Positions 58,034 through 64,000 of a stretch of DNA of 64,000 nt are shown one piece after another (position 1 is the first letter of the stretch; each line of letters opens with the position of its first letter). The position numbers were made by a program, and so were the translations under genes. The notes beneath the pieces are model-generated. The model had not been told where the DNA came from. It was given only the letters and a program-made list of their open reading frames with translations, and did not search any database. Source of the DNA: Nitrospirota bacterium (GTDB lineage: Bacteria; Nitrospirota; JACRHJ01); NCBI GenBank assembly GCA_963733375.1, contig CAVTDB010000006.1:38095-102094 (forward strand). Reading direction: 5' to 3'.

Positions 58034-59011
58034 TGGCACCGGTCGACCGGCTTCATATCCCGCTTTCATATTCCCCGGCCAGGGCTCGCAGTACGTCGGG
58101 ATGGGGAAGGGCCTGTATAACGAATACCCCGAGGCGCGTGCAATTTTTGACGAGGCGTCTGAGCGCTACCGGCGTGGACCTGGCGAAGCTTTGTTTCGAA
58201 GGGCCTGAGAGCGAACTGAACCGGACGGAGAATACCCAGCCCGCGATACTTACGGCGAGCCTGGCGGTCCTCTCCGTCCTTGGCGCAATGCACATAAAAC
58301 CGGTCGCGGCGGCGGGGCATTCCCTGGGCGAACTGACGGCGGTCGCGGCGGCAGGGGGCCTTACAGCCGGGCAGGCGGCGGCGATAGCCAAAAAGCGCGG
58401 GAAATACATGCAGGAGGCCGTGCCCGAGGGAAAGGGGCTAATGGCGGCGGTCCTGGGCCTCGATGCGGAAAAGATAAGGGAAGCCTGCGCCGAGGCGTCC
58501 TCTCACGGCATCGTCGCGCCGGCAAATTACAATTCTCCCGGCCAGGTGGTAATAGCGGGGGAGAGGGCGGCGGTGGAAAAGGCGTCGGAGCTTTGTCAGG
58601 CGATGGGCGCGAAGAGGGTAATCCCGCTTGCAGTGAGCGTCCCTTCGCACTGCCCGCTCATGGCGCCGGCGGCTGAAGGGCTTAAAAGCGTGCTTAAAGA
58701 CGCGGGTATCAGGGACCTCGATTACCCGGTCGCCTCCAATGCCTACAGGCAGGTTAATCCAGAAGGCCGAGGATGTGGAAGAGGCGCTGGTTAAGCAGCT
58801 TACGATGCCGCTCCTATGGGAGGACTGCGTTAACTCCCTGATAAAATACGGGGCCGATACGCTGATTGAAGTCGGGCCGGGCAAGGTGCTCTCCGGGCTT
58901 GTCAAAAGGATTACGAAAGAAGCCGAGATAAGGCATGTGGAAGATGCTGTTTCCCTCAACACCACCCTCGATTACTTAAGCATCGGCTGCAGGGTAGCTC
59001 CCAAGAATTAA
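58033..59011 (+). CDS. fabD: Malonyl-CoA:ACP transacylase (frameshifts)
   Basis: FPGQGSQ (alternate frame), [30 protein letters not shown] and EVGPGKVL. Confidence 0.94.
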
Positions 59012-59063
59012 CTTGACTTTTAAACGAGTATTTTTATAATCTGACTGCTACTTTAGGAGGCAT

Positions 59064-59804
59064 ATGCACTTACAAGGCAAGACGGCGCTCGTCACCGGGG
59101 CCGCGCAGGGCATAGGGAAGGCAATAGCCTTGGCGTTAGCTAAGGCCGGGGCGGACGTAGCCATTTCGGACGTGAACGGCGAGAAGGCGGCCGAAGCCGC
59201 AAAAGAGATCGAAGCCCTGGGCGTAAGGGCGTTCTCCATCACGGGCAACGTCGCGGACGGGGCGGCAGCTACGGCCATGGTGGACGAGGCCGTGGCCAAG
59301 CTCGGCAAGCTGGACGTGCTGGTGAACAACGCGGGCATTACCCGCGACAACCTCATAATACGCATGAAGGAAGAGGAGTGGGACCTGGTAATCGACGTCA
59401 ACCTGAAAGGCTCGTTCAACTGCGCGAAGGCGGCGATAAAGCACATGTCCAAGGCGCGCAGCGGGACCATAATAAACATCGCGTCAATCGTCGGCGCAAT
59501 GGGGAACGCGGGCCAGGCCAATTATGTCGCGTCGAAGGCGGGTCTTATCGGCCTGACTAAAACCATCGCGAGGGAGTACGCCTCCCGCAACATCACCGCG
59601 AACGCCGTCGCGCCCGGCTTTATAGACACCGCGATGACGCAGGCCCTTACGGAGAAGGTGCGCGAAGAGCTTATAAAGCAGATACCGCTGACAAGGCTCG
59701 GTACTGCGGAGGACGTGGCGGCGGCGGTGAAGTTCCTGGCCTCCGGCGCGGCGTCGTACATTACGGGCCAGGTTATCCATGTCAACGGCGGGATGTATAT
59801 GTGA
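59064..59804 (+). CDS. fabG: 3-oxoacyl-ACP reductase
   Basis: [16 protein letters not shown] and YVASK; upstream TTGACT...TATAAT promoter. Confidence 0.97.
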   Translation: MHLQGKTALVTGAAQGIGKAIALALAKAGADVAISDVNGEKAAEAAKEIEALGVRAFSITGNVADGAAATAMVDEAVAKLGKLDVLVNNAGITRDNLIIRMKEEEWDLVIDVNLKGSFNCAKAAIKHMSKARSGTIINIASIVGAMGNAGQANYVASKAGLIGLTKTIAREYASRNITANAVAPGFIDTAMTQALTEKVREELIKQIPLTRLGTAEDVAAAVKFLASGAASYITGQVIHVNGGMYM

Positions 59805-59942
59805 AACCGGGGCCGGGGATCAGTCGTCAGTGGCCGGCGGACATGAAGGTTCAAAGTCTCGCCGGTACCTGGCGCCTGGCCCCTGACACTGTTTTTTTAC
59901 CTGTAGTTACTTGAAATTGCCAATTAATACGGAGGTGAGATA

Positions 59943-60173
59943 ATGTCAGTTGACGCGAAAGTGAAGAAGATAATAGCCGAGCAGCTCGGTGTTGAAGAGG
60001 GCGAGGTAACTTCCCAGGCATCCTTTATCGACGACCTCGGCGCGGACTCTCTCGATACCGTTGAGCTGATCATGGCTTTCGAGGAAGAGTTCGGCATCGA
60101 GATACCCGAAGAAGAGGCGGAGAAGATAGCCACGGTCCAGAATGCGATAGACTACATCACGGGCAAGGTCTAA
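59943..60173 (+). CDS. acpP: Acyl carrier protein
   Basis: [20 protein letters not shown]. Confidence 0.98.
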   Translation: MSVDAKVKKIIAEQLGVEEGEVTSQASFIDDLGADSLDTVELIMAFEEEFGIEIPEEEAEKIATVQNAIDYITGKV

Positions 60174-60204
60174 AAACGCCCCAGCTATTAAACGGAGATT
60201 ATTT

Positions 60205-61449
60205 TTGGAGAAGAGAAGGGTAGTTGTAACTGGCATGGGCGCGGTAACTCCGCTCGGCATCGGGGTCGATGAGACATGGACTGCAATGCTGGAAGGGAAA
60301 AGCGGCGTAGGCCTCATCACCCAGTTTGACGCCGCGGCTTTCGCCACCAAGATCGCGGGTGAAGTGAAGGGGTTCGACCCCGCGCTCTATATCGAAGCCA
60401 AAGAGATAAAGAAGATGGACCGTTTCATCCATCTGGCTATCGCGGCTTCGAGGATGGCGATGGAACAGTCCGGGCTGCAGGTCACCGAGGCCAATGCGGA
60501 GCGTGTCGGCGTAATGGTCGGCTCCGGCATGGGCGGCCTTATCGCCATCGAAAAATACCATGCCATAACGCTTGAGAAGGGGCCCAGGAAGATTACCCCG
60601 TTCTTTATCCCGATGCTCATAGTGAACCTTGCATCCGGACATATATCCATCATGTTCGGCGCCAAAGGGCCGAACTCCGCCGTCGTCACAGCCTGCGCCA
60701 CCGGCACGCACAACATCGGCGACGCGTTCAAAATCATCCAGCGCGGCGACGCGGACGCCATGATAGCCGGCGGCACCGAGGCCTGCGTCACGCCGATGGG
60801 CATAGGCGGGTTCAACGCGATGAAGGCCCTTTCCACAAGGAACGACGAGCCCGAGCGGGCGAGCCGCCCATTCGACCTTGACAGGGACGGGTTTATCATG
60901 GGCGAGGGCGCGGGGCTTATGGTGCTCGAAGAACTGGAGCATGCCAAGGCTAGAGGGGCCAATATCCTGGCGGAGCTTGCCGGATACGGCCTATCCGGAG
61001 ACGCCTATCATCTGACCGCGCCGGCCCCCAACGGCGAAGGCGCGGCGAGGTGTATCAAAATGGCGATGAAGGACGCCTCTATGAACCCGGAAGATATAAG
61101 CTACGTCAACGCACACGGCACCTCCACCAAGTTCAACGACGAGTTCGAAACGATGGCCATAAAATCGGCGCTGGGAGAGAGGGCGTACAAGGTGCCGGTA
61201 AGCTCGACCAAGTCCATGACGGGCCATCTGCTCGGCGCGGCTGGCGGCGTGGAGGCTATAGTCGCAGTGAAGACCATAATGGAAGGGAAGATACCTCCAA
61301 CCATAAACTACGAGACCCCGGACCCGCTGTGCGACCTGGACTACGTCCCGAACACGGCGCGTGATATGATCGTTCAGGCCGCGCTGTCCAATTCCTTCGG
61401 GTTCGGCGGCACAAACGGCTGTCTTATCTTCAAGAAGTTCACGGGTTAG
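60205..61449 (+). CDS. fabF: 3-oxoacyl-ACP synthase II
   Basis: [32 protein letters not shown] and NSFGFGG. Confidence 0.97.
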   Translation: MEKRRVVVTGMGAVTPLGIGVDETWTAMLEGKSGVGLITQFDAAAFATKIAGEVKGFDPALYIEAKEIKKMDRFIHLAIAASRMAMEQSGLQVTEANAERVGVMVGSGMGGLIAIEKYHAITLEKGPRKITPFFIPMLIVNLASGHISIMFGAKGPNSAVVTACATGTHNIGDAFKIIQRGDADAMIAGGTEACVTPMGIGGFNAMKALSTRNDEPERASRPFDLDRDGFIMGEGAGLMVLEELEHAKARGANILAELAGYGLSGDAYHLTAPAPNGEGAARCIKMAMKDASMNPEDISYVNAHGTSTKFNDEFETMAIKSALGERAYKVPVSSTKSMTGHLLGAAGGVEAIVAVKTIMEGKIPPTINYETPDPLCDLDYVPNTARDMIVQAALSNSFGFGGTNGCLIFKKFTG

Positions 61450-61457
61450 TCCGGGCA

Positions 61458-62154
61458 ATGGTCTACGAGAAAGTCCGCGAACTGGAAAAGAGGCTGGAAT
61501 ATAATTTCCACCAGCCTTCCCTCCTGATCCAGGCCGTTGACGCACAAGTCGTACGCCAACGAGAACCGCCTTGGAATGGCCGGGCATAACGAGCGCCTGG
61601 AGTTCCTTGGCGACACCGTCCTCGATTTCATAATCAGCGATTTCATCATGAAGCTCTGCCCGGACTCCCCGGAGGGCGACCTCTCGAAACTCCGCGCGGT
61701 GGTGGTGAGCGAACCGAACCTCTTCAAGGTGGCGGCAAGGCTGGGCCTTGGCGAGTACCTGTTCCTGGGAAAAGGCGAGGAGCTGACCGGCGGACGCGAG
61801 AAGCCCTCTCTCCTGGCCAACGCGGTGGAGGCTATCATCGCCGCCGTTTACATGGACGCCGGGCTGGACGAAGCATATCATTTCATCCGGAACAACTTCG
61901 AGAAAGACATAAAGGCGATGGTCGCCGGCGGCATGGTGTACGATTACAAGACGGAGCTGCAGGAGGCCTGCCAGAGCAGGTTCGGCGAGCTGCCGAAATA
62001 TACGGTCGTGAACGAGACCGGGCCGGACCACCAGAAGGTCTTCGAGGTGGAGATAGAGGCCGAGGGGCGGGCGCTCGGCAAGGGCAGCGGCAAGAGCAAG
62101 AAAGAGGCCGAACAGCACGCGGCGCAGGTGGCGCTGGAAACCCTTAAAAAATGA
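61458..62154 (+). CDS. rnc: Ribonuclease III (frameshift near 61535)
   Basis: NERLEFLGD; dsRBD with DYKTELQE, GPDH and SKKEAEQ. Confidence 0.96.
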
Positions 62155-62186
62155 GCCTCTCTCTAAAATCATTTAGGTAATAAACG

Positions 62187-62260
62187 GTCGTTCCCGCGAA
62201 TGCGGGAATCCAGGAATTTTTAAACTCTGGATCCCCGACAAAATCTTTCGGGGATGACGG
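62187..62260. repeat. Inverted pair of dRS3-like palindromes
   Basis: GTCGTTCCCGCGAATGCGGGAATCCAG and CTGGATCCCCGA...TCGGGGATGAC. Confidence 0.75.
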
Positions 62261-62267
62261 AGCAAAA

Positions 62268-63235
62268 ATGATCATAGTACCCGTTTTCATCCCGCATATG
62301 GGATGCCCCCACCTCTGCGTTTTCTGCAACCAGAAAAATATCTCAGGCGCCTCTCACGCCCCGTCTCCCGAAGAAGTTGTAAATTATCTGGAAAACTCCC
62401 TCTCTCTTGATAGGCCCGAAGCCGTGATCGCATTTTACGGCGGCACGTTCACCGCGATACCGCTAGCTGAACAGGAAAAATATTTATCAATCGCCCAGCG
62501 CTTCATGGCCGAAAAGCGGGCGTCAGGCATCCGGCTCTCCACGAGGCCGGACGAGATGGACGCAGTGATGGCGCGGTTCCTTAAAGAGCGCGGCGTGCGG
62601 ACGGTGGAACTGGGCGTGCAGTCCCTTGACGACGGCGTGCTGAAAAAATCCGGGCGCGGACATACCGCCGATGACGCGATACGGGCCGCACGGACGGTGA
62701 AGGACGCGGGGCTGGAACTGGGAATCCAGCTGATGGCGGGGCTTCCGGGGGACAGCAAAGAAAAATTTTTGGAGACGGTATCAGGCACGGCGAGGCTCAT
62801 GCCTCATTTCGTGCGGATATACCCCGCGCTGGTAGTGGAGGGCTCGGGGCTGGCGGATATGTGGCGGCGTGGCGAGTACAGGCCCCTGACGCTGGACGAG
62901 GCGGTGGAGCTTTGCTCCGAGGCTTTGGAAATATTCGAGGCGGCGGGGATAAAGGTGATACGCCTGGGGCTCCAGCCGGGTGAGGAACTGGAAAAAACGC
63001 TCCTGGCCGGGCCGTACCATCCTTCGTTCGGGCACCTGGTGAAATCGAGTATTGCGCTGAAGAAAATGCTTGGAGCGTTGCAGGATTTGAGGGCGAGGCG
63101 GCTGAGATATTCGTTAATACGAAGGAGTTGTCGATTTACAAAGGCATCGGGGCTGGCAATGTCCGGGAACTATTTAAATCTACGGGTAAAGAAATAAAAA
63201 TATCCGCCGGGAGACGCAGCAAAGGGAACTTTTAA
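62268..63235 (+). CDS. Elp3-like radical SAM protein (frameshift near 63090)
   Basis: [36 protein letters not shown] and GPYHPSFG; follows rnc. Confidence 0.88.
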
Positions 63236-63284
63236 AATACAGTTATCCTTGAACTTAAATTTTTTTTATTCTATAATGAAAGCA

Positions 63285-64000
63285 ATGGAAAAACTGACAT
63301 ATAAATCCGCGGGCGTGGACATAGACGCCGGGAACAAATTCGTGGAAATGATAAAGCCGTTCGTGAAGTCCACTTTCCGCCCGGAAGTGCTGACGGACAT
63401 CGGCGGTTTCGGCGGGCTGTTCGGGCTTAAGGGCGGGTATAAAGAGCCGGTCCTGGTCTCCGGCACGGACGGCGTCGGGACGAAGCTTCGGGCCGCGTTC
63501 ATGGCGGACAGGCACGACACCGTCGGCATAGACCTTGTCGCCATGTCCGTGAACGACATACTTGTCACCGGCGCGGAGCCGCTTTTCTTCCTCGATTATT
63601 TTGCATGCGGGAAACTTGAGCCGGAGAGGCATTCTAAAGTCGTCTCCGGGATAGCCGAGGGATGCAGGCAGGCCGGGTGCGCGCTCATCGGCGGAGAGAC
63701 GGCGGAGATGCCGGGTTTCTACGCCGAGGGCGAGTACGACTTGGCGGGCTTCGCGGTCGGAATAGTCGAAAAATCAAAAATTATTGACGGGAGCAAAATC
63801 AAGCCGGGCGACATGTTAGTTGGCCTCGCGTCATCGGGCCTGCACTCGAACGGCTAGTCGCTCGCGAGGAAGGTCTTCTTCGACGCGGCTGGGCTGAAGA
63901 TTGATACATTCGTGCCGGAGCTGAACAAAACTGTCGCGGACGAACTGTTGACCCCGACCAGGATATACGTTAAAGAACATGCTCACCCTGATAAATGAGT
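63285..64000 (+). CDS. purM: Phosphoribosylformylglycinamidine cyclo-ligase (in-frame TAG at 63855; runs off the window end)
   Basis: [25 protein letters not shown] and [13 protein letters not shown]...[10 protein letters not shown]. Confidence 0.95.

Noticed and set aside
59809-59890. Riboswitch-like GC-rich hairpin between fabG and acpP
   Set aside because: It is made of degenerate heptamer repeats forming an imperfect inverted repeat, with no recognisable aptamer motif.

Overview
GC-rich bacterial chromosome segment made up mostly of housekeeping genes. The 16S signature and gene content (spoVG, mqnA, TIGR04442-like gene, outer-membrane porin) suggest Nitrospirota or a Desulfobacterota-like diderm; this is inference. 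It contains the ispE-spoVG-tRNA-Gln-prs-rplY-pth-(hppA)-ychF-rpsF-ssb-rpsR block, a porin, cca, ald, nadC, valS, tRNA-Ala(CGC), a complete rrn operon, tgt-yajC-secD-secF-recJ-rel-ridA, rpmB, recG, pilD and the yceD-rpmF-plsX-fab-rnc-purM block. About twenty genes, many of them essential, carry single-base frameshifts, which indicates an unpolished assembly rather than real pseudogenisation. The most unusual features are: (1) a tandem array of three intact plus one frameshifted small exported paralogs sharing a C-x20-CxxC-x3-D[LI]T motif that I do not recognise, directly after the 5S rRNA; (2) a CarCDE/Bcd-EtfAB-like module inserted between fabH and fabD in a fab cluster that has no enoyl-ACP reductase; (3) three unrelated accessory genes each ending in the same ~35-45 bp hairpin; (4) several families of intergenic palindromic repeats; (5) several apparently leaderless genes.
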